Shown: one piece after another, positions 16,201 through 23,493 of the stretch | How the letters are laid out: each line of letters opens with the position of its first letter | Numbering within the stretch: the first letter of the stretch is position 1 | From: a candidate division WOR-3 bacterium | Lineage (GTDB): Bacteria; Hydrothermota; Hydrothermia; LBFQ01 | Assembly: GCA_027050205.1 (NCBI GenBank) | Contig: JALUCS010000056.1 | Span: forward strand, 1-45,525 | DNA length: 45,525 nucleotides | Direction: 5' to 3' | The notes under the pieces: model-generated | Database searches by the model: none | Told to the model about the DNA's origin: nothing | What the model saw: only the letters and a program-made list of their open reading frames with translations | Translations under genes and position numbers: made by a program

Positions 16201-18810
16201 CTCCCTAGTCTCCGTAAACTGGTTGTCCCCGTCCAGGTCCTCCGTGTTCAGGACCCCCAGGCCGTAGAAGTTGCCATCGCAAGCACGGACGTAGGCGTCC
16301 TCGGGTATGTTGGTACCGATGTCAAATATCAGGATTCCGTGGCCCCTCACGTACACCTCAACGTACTCCCTGTCGGCGTAGTTCATCTCCCTCCTCTCCC
16401 CCAGCATTATGGTCATGAAGTTGGGGATACCGGGAATCCGAGGCTCGGCCACCAATCTCATAAGCTGCTCCGGTTTGTTCTCGTCGTTGGGGTCGGTGAC
16501 GGGGAGGATGTCCTTTCTGACAGCCATAATGGCCGAGTACCACGACTGCCTGTTGGCGAGGATGGAGGTATCGGCATAAGAGGTGGAGTCCAGTATGTAC
16601 GGTAGTGAGCCGTGAATCCACTCCCTGTAGTCGTAGGATACGAGATTGGTTAGGTTAGCATCTATCTGGTCAAACTTGTCTATGTATGCTTCCCCGGCGG
16701 TGTTGGGGTTGGGGAAGGACTTCGCAACCTCCCCGTTCAGCTTGACCTCGCTCCTCTTCTCAAGGCTCAAGGGGGTGCGGGCGTTCAGGAAGCGGTTCAG
16801 GTAGTCCATCGTGTGGTTGAACTTGAGGGAGGCGTCCAGTACCCCGTAGCCCGTTGGGGCGCCGGCGAAGTCGGGCCTCCTCTGGGAGGAGGCGCGGGAC
16901 TTGGACATGTAGTTGAGGCTGAACTGAAGGTTCTCGGATATGTCAAAGGTGGAGGCGAGGCCCAGGATGGCCCTACTCTGCCCCCCGCCGAAGCCGTACT
17001 CCTGCCTGTAATTTACCTTTATCTCGTCCGTCTCGTTTAGGGGTATCAGGAAGTGTATGGTACCCGTAGCGTAATCCACGGTGTAATCCCTACCTTCCTC
17101 CAGTTTCTGCCCGTTCCGGAACACCTCAACCGACCCGTTCAGTACCCCTCCACCCAAGGATATGAACTTCTGGGGCTTCTTGAAGGTTAAGACCATGTAG
17201 TACTTCTCGGAGTAGTAGTTCTGCCAGTACTCCCTGTCTAAAAGGTAGATGACGCTGTCCCTATCGTTGAGGACGGTGTCTGCGAAGGGCCAGAACTTGG
17301 GGAAGATGAGGTAGCCTCCCCCCTCCGGCCTCACGTCCAGGACCCTGAAGTTCACCGTATCCGTTCCATTGACTACCGTCACTATCTCGTTTATGTGGCC
17401 GTCCCCGTCCGGGTCTACGCCGAGGAGAGTGGAGAACTTTATGCCGCCCTGGCCGATGGAGTCGTTGGTGGTGGGATTGTCCCGGTAGATGTTGAAGGTT
17501 ATGCTGGTGGGGGCCACGCTCGTGTCCAGCTCGTAGGGGAGGGTATAGACGTTCTTAAGCTCAAGGAGGTTGATGTTCCGGGCGCAGGTCAGGAGGGTGT
17601 CGGAGGAGGTCATCTTGTTGAGCTTCATCAGGAGCATCCTGACGGGGTTGGTGCTGTCGGGGGATGGGGGGATGTATCCCACCTGTACGGTGTCGGTACC
17701 GTCCTGTTTTACGAGGGTATAGACGGCTCCCAACCACCACTCGGAGGCGTCGGGTGGCTCCAGTATCTGGATAACGTTCCTACTGTAGAACCGGTAGGTG
17801 GAGGGGTCCATCTGGACGAACCTACCGCTGACGAAGCACCGGGTGGTGTCGTCCGTTATCAGTCCGAGGGAGTCCATAAAGTGGAAGGCCTTACCGTAGA
17901 CGTAGGTGTTTCCCGTGAGGGTGAGGGGTCGGTAGAAGAGGACGAGGTTGGTTATGCGGTACTCGTTGGGGTCGCCGGATACGAAGGGGGCAACGGGGAG
18001 GTAGAAGAAGGTCTCCTTCAGGTAATCGCTCCCCCATATCGTATCGGTGATTATCTGGGATTTGGCCTGGAAGACTTTGGTCTGGCTCTGGCCTTTCTCC
18101 TTGGTGGCAACGGCCACTATCTTGGCCGGACCAAAGGCGAACCTACCCTTCAGACCGAATAGGCCCGCTCCCGCACCGATGGAGGAGTAGCTAGTACTGG
18201 GGAAGTCGGAGACGTCTATGTCCCCCGCCTGAAGGCTCTGCACTATGTCGTCGTCCGTACCGGTGTAGGAGAGGAGTATCTTCTGGCGGTTCATCTCCGT
18301 CGCCTCGGAGTTGTGTCTGACCTCAACCTTCAAACGGTCGGTTATCTGGCCGGTTATTATGACGTTTAGGGTTTGCTTCATGTTCAGGCCGGGGACGTTG
18401 CTCATCTGGTAGGTGTTGTTGAGGTTCTGCCCGCCGGGACTTAGGAGGTCTTCCTTGTATCCACCGATTGAGATGGTTTGACTTCCCCGCAGGGATACCT
18501 TGCTGACGCCCTCCCCGAGGAACCTCCACCGCTTGGGGATCTGGACGGGTACCTCTATGTCGGGGACGAGACCGGATATGGCGCTGGAGGAGGCGGTATC
18601 GTAGGGCTTTACGGTCGTCTTACGGAGGTACCTGACGAGGTTTATGCCGAAGAACTCGTCCAAGGAGTAGACCTTTACGGTGTCCTGCGTCCCGAAGTAG
18701 TCGTATACGCCATACACACCGGTGGAGTCGTAGGTGTAGGTGTAGGAGAAGGTCTCCTCCAAAAACCTCCGTGTGAAGTAATCTTCGTATGAGAGAAGGA
18801 GCCAGATCAC
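13255..18810 (-). CDS. sprA: T9SS outer-membrane translocon SprA/Sov homologue
   Basis: 1851 aa; SprA-type motifs GQITDRLKV, YTGTDDDIVQSLQAGDI, GLFGLKG, ELKNVY, DYTVDYATG, TEDLD/TEDLN, WKLYRIPL, GELWVNELRL; beta-barrel C-terminus ending in F. Confidence 0.9.
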   Translation of the reverse strand: MIWLLLSYEDYFTRRFLEETFSYTYTYDSTGVYGVYDYFGTQDTVKVYSLDEFFGINLVRYLRKTTVKPYDTASSSAISGLVPDIEVPVQIPKRWRFLGEGVSKVSLRGSQTISIGGYKEDLLSPGGQNLNNTYQMSNVPGLNMKQTLNVIITGQITDRLKVEVRHNSEATEMNRQKILLSYTGTDDDIVQSLQAGDIDVSDFPSTSYSSIGAGAGLFGLKGRFAFGPAKIVAVATKEKGQSQTKVFQAKSQIITDTIWGSDYLKETFFYLPVAPFVSGDPNEYRITNLVLFYRPLTLTGNTYVYGKAFHFMDSLGLITDDTTRCFVSGRFVQMDPSTYRFYSRNVIQILEPPDASEWWLGAVYTLVKQDGTDTVQVGYIPPSPDSTNPVRMLLMKLNKMTSSDTLLTCARNINLLELKNVYTLPYELDTSVAPTSITFNIYRDNPTTNDSIGQGGIKFSTLLGVDPDGDGHINEIVTVVNGTDTVNFRVLDVRPEGGGYLIFPKFWPFADTVLNDRDSVIYLLDREYWQNYYSEKYYMVLTFKKPQKFISLGGGVLNGSVEVFRNGQKLEEGRDYTVDYATGTIHFLIPLNETDEIKVNYRQEYGFGGGQSRAILGLASTFDISENLQFSLNYMSKSRASSQRRPDFAGAPTGYGVLDASLKFNHTMDYLNRFLNARTPLSLEKRSEVKLNGEVAKSFPNPNTAGEAYIDKFDQIDANLTNLVSYDYREWIHGSLPYILDSTSYADTSILANRQSWYSAIMAVRKDILPVTDPNDENKPEQLMRLVAEPRIPGIPNFMTIMLGERREMNYADREYVEVYVRGHGILIFDIGTNIPEDAYVRACDGNFYGLGVLNTEDLDGDNQFTETREDVGLDGKRGEDGPCNPSGGDWGNDDYTISDPARADPFAINRYEGNHHMETEDLNRNFQLDMKENFYSYVIDLDTTTPIAEYKGWKLYRIPLKKPTRVYGNPSLDRIAYYRLTWYGFTRTDTLFLWHLGIGGSNWINEGPKVDTADTTQYLAINFVSRKTTPGYVSPPGVQEKLNYESNTMALEDEGSMSLLYEIKPGDYVLARKKMDTKYNFINYRSVSLWVWDRTGSHPTLIVRFGKDSLNFYEFRQRITGEGWQSVKIPLDSLVLFKGKDYSPDYRSNGRYGVKGNPSIFEVEFFWIGVANDSPSRISGELWVNELRLTDPVKTSAYAGNVSMSLNVSDLFQSNVSGNFEQIDFARSATDLSRYQTSRINVNTTFNAHRLFPRSWGLNAPVNFSYGFSSRLPKFYPGLDVPVTTEEERHRLTSVSKTTSYGFTFSKNGSTNLIGKWFLDPWRFNYGSRYDFSYIPGQSKDSTVSENYGVRYSYRPTGEFMLGGRRYRYLPSSYSISYDYRRTATFSDVLGAKTRRTDKNGNLSASINYDPIPGMLGFGYSVSRRGDYRYGELLKTPLDSLLGFESQFRENLTSSLNLGTIWFLQPSINYRHGYSESRKPENALTGFDVRDLNEDLSVGFNLNLESGTILSKIGGLRDKSKDTALSKAGPLHTILYGMERLSRVWRSVRFGYSFSRTSNFYAALGRASLPYRLGISLDPEVIVTDTQRSMWRETHNYDLSTDINLGNYRLSPRGSYRRDLSDDRTRRMLTETWRFPDLTLNGRPLPIVSNLKFVASSDFTVSYSDERSATTYPLWEPTATDTVEPKTERRTRTLSFSPNATLRNGTSLRYTYTYTYTTDHQVYSATNLETRSVQTNQDLTVSHTFTSFAGIRFPWSKSRLLSLKNQLTLSFKYSVSTGTDVSINHLFEGLPNSIDTLSRRKSENMTLSATYQFSNAVEATFSYIYDLSGDYEGGIFTRKNQIRADIRIKF

Positions 18811-18811
18811 C

Positions 18812-19396
18812 TTACACGAACTCTATACCTTCTACGCTCCTGACGACGCTACCCCTGTAGAGGAAATCTATCTGCCTCAAGGCGAAGTGATAGTCGCCCT
18901 CGTTGAGGGCAGAAACGCCGTCCATCGGGACGACAACCTCGTACCATCTAAGGGCAGCCGAACCGGCCGTGTGCAACACGCATATGTTGGCCACCGTACC
19001 AACGACGACGAGCCTCTTGACCCCCTTTAGGCGGAGTAGGTGGTCCAAGGGGGTACCGTAAAAGCCGTCGTACCGGAGTTTCTTGATGAGGGTGTCCCCT
19101 TTGTGAGGCTTAAGTTCCTCCACTATCTCCGCCCCCCACGTACCTGCCACGGCGTGCCTCCCCCATATGGCGAACTCCGGGTCCTCCTCCCCGTGCCAAT
19201 CTTGGGTGTAGAAGACGGAAACCCCGGCCTTACGGGCCTTTTCAAGGAGTTTCGCTATTGCCGGAACCGTTTTGGGAGCCTCCGGTACGAAGAGCGCCCC
19301 CTTGGGATGGACGAAGTCGTTCTGCATATCCACCACGATGACGGCAGTATCCCTCGCCGGCAGTTCCACCCTGTCCTTTACGCTGTACTCCGCCAT
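18812..19396 (-). CDS. pncA: Isochorismatase-family cysteine hydrolase, probable nicotinamidase
   Basis: VVDMQNDF, TQDWH, WGRHAV metal ligands, catalytic K and C (ANICV); adjacent to nadC. Confidence 0.75.
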   Translation of the reverse strand: MAEYSVKDRVELPARDTAVIVVDMQNDFVHPKGALFVPEAPKTVPAIAKLLEKARKAGVSVFYTQDWHGEEDPEFAIWGRHAVAGTWGAEIVEELKPHKGDTLIKKLRYDGFYGTPLDHLLRLKGVKRLVVVGTVANICVLHTAGSAALRWYEVVVPMDGVSALNEGDYHFALRQIDFLYRGSVVRSVEGIEFV

Positions 19397-19405
19397 GGAA
19401 TGGTA

Positions 19406-20239
19406 TTATAGACCCGAAAGGGGGAGCGTGTCTAAAACTTCAAGGCTCAAGTCTACGGGTTTGGCCGCCTTCGTTATGGCACCGATGGATATACGGTCCG
19501 GCCGCAGGGACGCGTACGCCTGGAGGTTCTCAAGGGTTATGCCGCCGGAGACCTCCACCTTGAACCCCATCCTCCGGGCGGTGGGTATAGCCCTCTGTAG
19601 GGTTTCCGGATCCATGTTGTCCAGTAGGACCCAATCTATGGGCAACCCCTCAAGGCTCAAGAGTTCCTCGTAGGTATCCACCTCCACCACGAGTGGCGTA
19701 TGGGGGGCGTTCTCCCTGAAGGATAGGACGGCCTTCCGTAGGGAACCGGCTATCCTCTTGTGGTTGTCCTTTATCATACCCACGTCGGAGAGGCTGAACC
19801 TGTGGTTGTACCCTCCACCAACCCGTACGGCGTACTTGTCGTAGTACCGCAGTAGAGGGGAGGTTTTGCGGGTGTCGTATATGGGGACCCCGTCGGCCCT
19901 CTTGACGAACTCGGCCGTTAGGGTGGCGATGCCGCACATCCTACCAAGGATGTTTAAAAGTGTGCGCTCCACCAGAAGTACGTCCCTCGCCCGCCCGCGG
20001 AGTTCCGCCACCGTATCGCCCTCCCGGAACCTATCCCCATCCTCCATTTTCCTAACGATCTCCAACGAGGGGAAGAGCCGTCCGAGGGCCTCAAAGAGGG
20101 GGTCGGAGGCCAGAATGCCCCCTTCCCGCGCCACAACCGTGGCGGCCACATTAACGTTGGGGACGGCGTACCTGCCCGTAATGTCGCCAAAGGGCGCATC
20201 CTCTAACAGGGCCAAACGGAGGACCTCAACCGCCTCCAC
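19406..20239 (-). CDS. nadC: Nicotinate-nucleotide diphosphorylase (quinolinate phosphoribosyltransferase)
   Basis: EDAPFGDIT, ERTLLN, DTRKT, NHRFSL, IKDNH, LLDNM, SGGIT motifs. Confidence 0.95.
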   Translation of the reverse strand: MEAVEVLRLALLEDAPFGDITGRYAVPNVNVAATVVAREGGILASDPLFEALGRLFPSLEIVRKMEDGDRFREGDTVAELRGRARDVLLVERTLLNILGRMCGIATLTAEFVKRADGVPIYDTRKTSPLLRYYDKYAVRVGGGYNHRFSLSDVGMIKDNHKRIAGSLRKAVLSFRENAPHTPLVVEVDTYEELLSLEGLPIDWVLLDNMDPETLQRAIPTARRMGFKVEVSGGITLENLQAYASLRPDRISIGAITKAAKPVDLSLEVLDTLPLSGL

Positions 20240-20419
20240 CTGCGTATTCTAAGGAGGCCCGCTGGGGCGTACGGGGGGACGATCAGAGCGAAGGGATTAC
20301 GAAGGCGGGTTTTCGGTATTCGGTGGATGGCCCACCTCTGAGGGAGTGGTCGGCGTTCTATAATTTGGGATTATGCTGATAGGGGGATAGCCTACCTTCC
20401 ACGTCCTCCCCATTAACGG

Positions 20420-20455
20420 GGTATTGAGCCGATAGAGGGGTACCTATCCGTCGTC
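20420..20455 (+). repeat. Dispersed 36-bp intergenic repeat, copy 2
   Basis: GGTATTGAGCCGATAGAGGGGTACCTATCCGTCGTC; 31/36 to the reverse complement of 11530-11565, all mismatches transitions. Confidence 0.85.
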
Positions 20456-20856
20456 CGAGTACGCATAGGGTATAGCTTCCCGACGGCATTTTTCCATTTT
20501 TTGGGCGCAGGTGAAAGTGGGATAATATGAGAAAATGTTTGTAAATATGGTAGTTAGCATCAAATTGTTAAAAATCTGCATGTACTTCCATAAAATCTTA
20601 AAATTATCCCAGTTTTATGGGGCTGTGGGGTGATAGTCATTCCATCAGCAGAATCCCGGTTTCAGAAGGTGCGAGATACAGTTCAACGGATCCTTGAAGG
20701 CCATATCGTACCATCCATAAACCTATCCACCAAATACCGCAATCTTTTTGGGGAAGTTCCCAACCCCTCATCCGCCGAATATCGCATCATCTACCGAATA
20801 TCGTTGTTTAAGAAGAAAAAGAACTGTTTGTGCCATTGTGATTTTCCCACGCTTAA

Positions 20857-21186
20857 TCATTTAGACTCATCGTCCATACCCTCACCCTCGGCAAGGGCCT
20901 CTATCTCCCTCCATTTTTCGTACAACTTCCTTATCAGAGGGACGTACTTATCTTTGAATCGGTAGTAAATGCGGCGATTTTCAGATTTACTCTCAAGAAA
21001 ACCCGCATCGGCCATGGCCTTCAGATAGTATGCTATGGTGGTATGTATGCCGTGCCTGTAGAAGTCGGAAGGGGAGAGCCACCGGTTGTTGTATCTCGCA
21101 AACAGGTTGACTATCTTCCGGACCGCAGGGCTGTCAAGGTACCCTTCAACGAGGTTCCTGTACTCCCAGATATACACCCGCTTCAC
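20857..21186 (-). CDS. Winged-helix (ArsR-like) DNA-binding protein
   Basis: TTIAYYLKAMADAGFLESKSENRRIYYRF wHTH wing pattern; probable GTG start at 21186, 8 nt after TACAAT. Confidence 0.75.
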   Translation of the reverse strand: MKRVYIWEYRNLVEGYLDSPAVRKIVNLFARYNNRWLSPSDFYRHGIHTTIAYYLKAMADAGFLESKSENRRIYYRFKDKYVPLIRKLYEKWREIEALAEGEGMDDESK

Positions 21187-21255
21187 AGATGCAAATTGTA
21201 AAGACGCCGAAGGTGGGGTAATTTTCAACCATATCACTTGTCCATTACCAATTAC

Positions 21256-21284
21256 TTGACAAATCAAGTTGATTCATCCATTAT
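21256..21284 (+). promoter_or_regulatory. Sigma-70 promoter with palindromic operator in its spacer
   Basis: TTGACA (21256-21261), 17-nt spacer, CATTAT (21279-21284); AATCAA-G-TTGATT inverted repeat at 21262-21274. Confidence 0.6.
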
Positions 21285-21293
21285 TCCTCTCCT

Positions 21294-21723
21294 ATGGCTA
21301 CGCTAAGGGCGACTCTTTTTCCTTCCCTTCGTCTTGGGTATAGCACTTGCCGGATGCAAAGGGGAACCTACGGTTCTCCTTGAGGAAACCACAGTGGTAC
21401 CGCAGGAAGGTTACGTCTCCTACACCCTCTCGCTGGAGGAGGGGACGGAGGTTGAGACCGAGGTAAGGGTCCAGAACGATCAGCCCATAGATGCCCTTCT
21501 CATAGACGCTTCGGACCTCTCCGTTTGGGAGGATACTACCAGCATGAGCATAGACGTCTATACGTGTTGCTCAACTACCGGGGTCAAGAGTAAAACCTAT
21601 ACCTTCATCGCTCCCAAAACCGGTGAGTTCGCTGTAATACTGAACAACGGATGGCGGGCTTTTGATGGTTCCCTCCCCTCCGAGAAGGACGCCGACGTTT
21701 ACGTAAAGATGACGGCAAAGTAA
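21294..21723 (+). pseudogene. Lipoprotein with beta-sandwich (GOLD/emp24-like) domain; 1-nt frameshift in the signal peptide (real lesion or assembly error)
   Basis: Main frame (ORF track 21334..21723) has lipobox LAGC but an in-frame TAA at 21304; ATG 21294 is one base out of frame; FIAPKTGEFAVILNN resembles a GOLD strand motif. Confidence 0.6.
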
Positions 21724-21737
21724 AAGGAGGTAGAGCC

Positions 21738-22043
21738 ATGAGAAGGGCCTTAACTTTAGAAACGATAGGAGGGGCGCTTCTCCTTTCGTCCTGCGCTACC
21801 ATAAGCATAAGCGGGGAAGCCCAGCTTGCCCCGAAGTCCGCCGTGTGCAGAAAGGTCAACCAGAAGCAGATCTGGTTCCTCTTCGGCCTCTTCCCCATCG
21901 GAGACAACTCCACCGACGACATCATACCCAAGGGCAAGAAGGTCAAGATAGAGACCAAGTTCACCCTGACGGACTTCGCTATAGAGTTCCTACCCAGCGG
22001 CTTCTTAGTAAGTCGCACAGCCGAGGCCTACGTGTGTGAGTAG
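21738..22043 (+). CDS. Bor/Iss-like small lipoprotein
   Basis: SD AAGGAGGT; signal MRRALTLETIGGALLLSS-C; WFLFGLFPIG and RTAEAYVC pattern. Confidence 0.7.
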   Translation: MRRALTLETIGGALLLSSCATISISGEAQLAPKSAVCRKVNQKQIWFLFGLFPIGDNSTDDIIPKGKKVKIETKFTLTDFAIEFLPSGFLVSRTAEAYVCE

Positions 22044-22048
22044 GGAAT

Positions 22049-22075
22049 GGGGGCCTTCGGCCCCCTCCGTTCTTC
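22049..22075 (+). terminator. Probable intrinsic terminator hairpin
   Basis: GGGGGCC-TTC-GGCCCCC 5 nt after the stop, followed by a weak T tract (tccgttcttc). Confidence 0.6.
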
Positions 22076-22290
22076 AAGTGGCTATTTTTTCTGAAGTTAT
22101 GCCCCAGTTCTTGAGGGGCGTCCGGACATCTGTACCTCCCGATTATCGGCGGATGGGAATCGCCCCTACCCAAACGGCGTTGGGAGGAGCCCTCAACGGT
22201 CCCCACACCTCCCCCATCAACGTACTGCCCGTCTGACCCCTTTTCCACCTCCCGTTCCCCGGTATAATACCGGTCAAACAAGGGGGTACT

Positions 22291-23490
22291 ATGCATGAGG
22301 ATACCAAAGTCGTACGAGGACTTGATGAGGAGCGGTTTCATAAGACCGACTCTTACATGAACAAGGCCCTGAACTCCCACCGCCTACCCATCTACCAGAC
22401 CTCCACCTTCATATTTGACTCCTTAGAGGAGGCCTACAAAGCCTTCACCGGTGAGGAGCATCACCACATCTACTCCCGTGTCTCCAACCCCAACGCCCTC
22501 TACCTCGGAGCCAAGGTCGCCCTGTTGGAGGGGGCGGAGGCCGGAATCGCCTTCAACTCCGGTATGGCCGCCATCACCACCACCCTCCTGACCCTGACGA
22601 AGCCGGGGGACCGTATAGTTTCCTCCAAGCCCGTGTACGGCGGTACGGGGGAGTTCTTCGCTTACCTGCAGGAGCATCTCGGCATACGGGTGGACGTTCT
22701 CGGCCCGGAGGAGTTCTACGAGGCCCTTGAGAAGGGGGGCTACAGGGTGGCCTACGTTGAGACGCCGGGCAACCCTACCCTGACCGTCTACGACATAGAG
22801 CTGGCAGCCCGTCTCGCTCATAAGAACGGGGCCGTTCTGGTCGTGGATAACACCTTCGCCACGCCCTTCCACCAGAAGCCCATAGAGTGGGGTGCGGACG
22901 TAGTACTGCACAGCAGCACGAAGTACATCAACGGCCACGGGGACACTATAGGTGGGGTGGTGGTCGGAAAGGAGGATTTCATAAAGGAGCTGCTCCATAC
23001 CACCAAGATGTTCGGCACCCTGATGCAGCCCTTCAACGCCTGGCTTACGGCGAGAGGTCTCCGCACCTTGGCCGTACGTATGCGCAAGCACTCCGAGAAC
23101 GCCATGAAGGTGGCCCAGTTCCTTGAGAGCCGCCCGGAGGTGGTTGAGGTGAACTACCCCGGACTCCCCTCCTTCCCCTACCACGATATAGCCCGGAAGC
23201 AGATGAGGAACGGGTACTCCGGAATGGTCTCCTTCGTCCTTGACGGCACGAGGGAGCATCTGAAACGCTTCATAACCTCCCTTGAGCTGTTCCACTTCGC
23301 CGTCTCCCTCGGAGATACGGACAGCCTCGCCACTTCTCCCGCCCTCACCACCCACGCCCTCTCCCCCACGACGGACTTCCCCGCCAACCTCGTAAGGCTC
23401 TCCGTAGGTCTGGAGGATGCGGACGACCTCATAGCCGACCTTGAGAATGCACTAAAGAAGGCCTTCCACACCAGCGAAGTGGGGCGATAG
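22291..23490 (+). CDS. PLP-dependent trans-sulfuration enzyme (cystathionine/methionine gamma-lyase family)
   Basis: PIYQTSTF, YSRVSNP, SGMAAI, YGGT, DNTF, SSTKYINGHGD (PLP lysine), RLSVGLED; leadered (TATAAT 22263, SD AGGGGGT). Confidence 0.92.
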   Translation: MHEDTKVVRGLDEERFHKTDSYMNKALNSHRLPIYQTSTFIFDSLEEAYKAFTGEEHHHIYSRVSNPNALYLGAKVALLEGAEAGIAFNSGMAAITTTLLTLTKPGDRIVSSKPVYGGTGEFFAYLQEHLGIRVDVLGPEEFYEALEKGGYRVAYVETPGNPTLTVYDIELAARLAHKNGAVLVVDNTFATPFHQKPIEWGADVVLHSSTKYINGHGDTIGGVVVGKEDFIKELLHTTKMFGTLMQPFNAWLTARGLRTLAVRMRKHSENAMKVAQFLESRPEVVEVNYPGLPSFPYHDIARKQMRNGYSGMVSFVLDGTREHLKRFITSLELFHFAVSLGDTDSLATSPALTTHALSPTTDFPANLVRLSVGLEDADDLIADLENALKKAFHTSEVGR

Positions 23491-23493
23491 AGG

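Noticed and set aside
15514..18162. Long antisense ORFs (e.g. 15514..16605, 17395..18162; also 22423..23355, 33768..34649, 36108..37232)
   Set aside because: Shadow frames of GC-rich genes with Val/Gly/Glu-biased composition and no recognisable motifs
20630..20965. 111-aa ORF containing YRIIYRI, reminiscent of RelE/ParE toxins, next to a wHTH gene
   Set aside because: The motif arises from two copies of the non-coding 16-mer (CCGAATATCG twice); the ORF overlaps the wHTH gene by about 110 nt and shows no other RelE features
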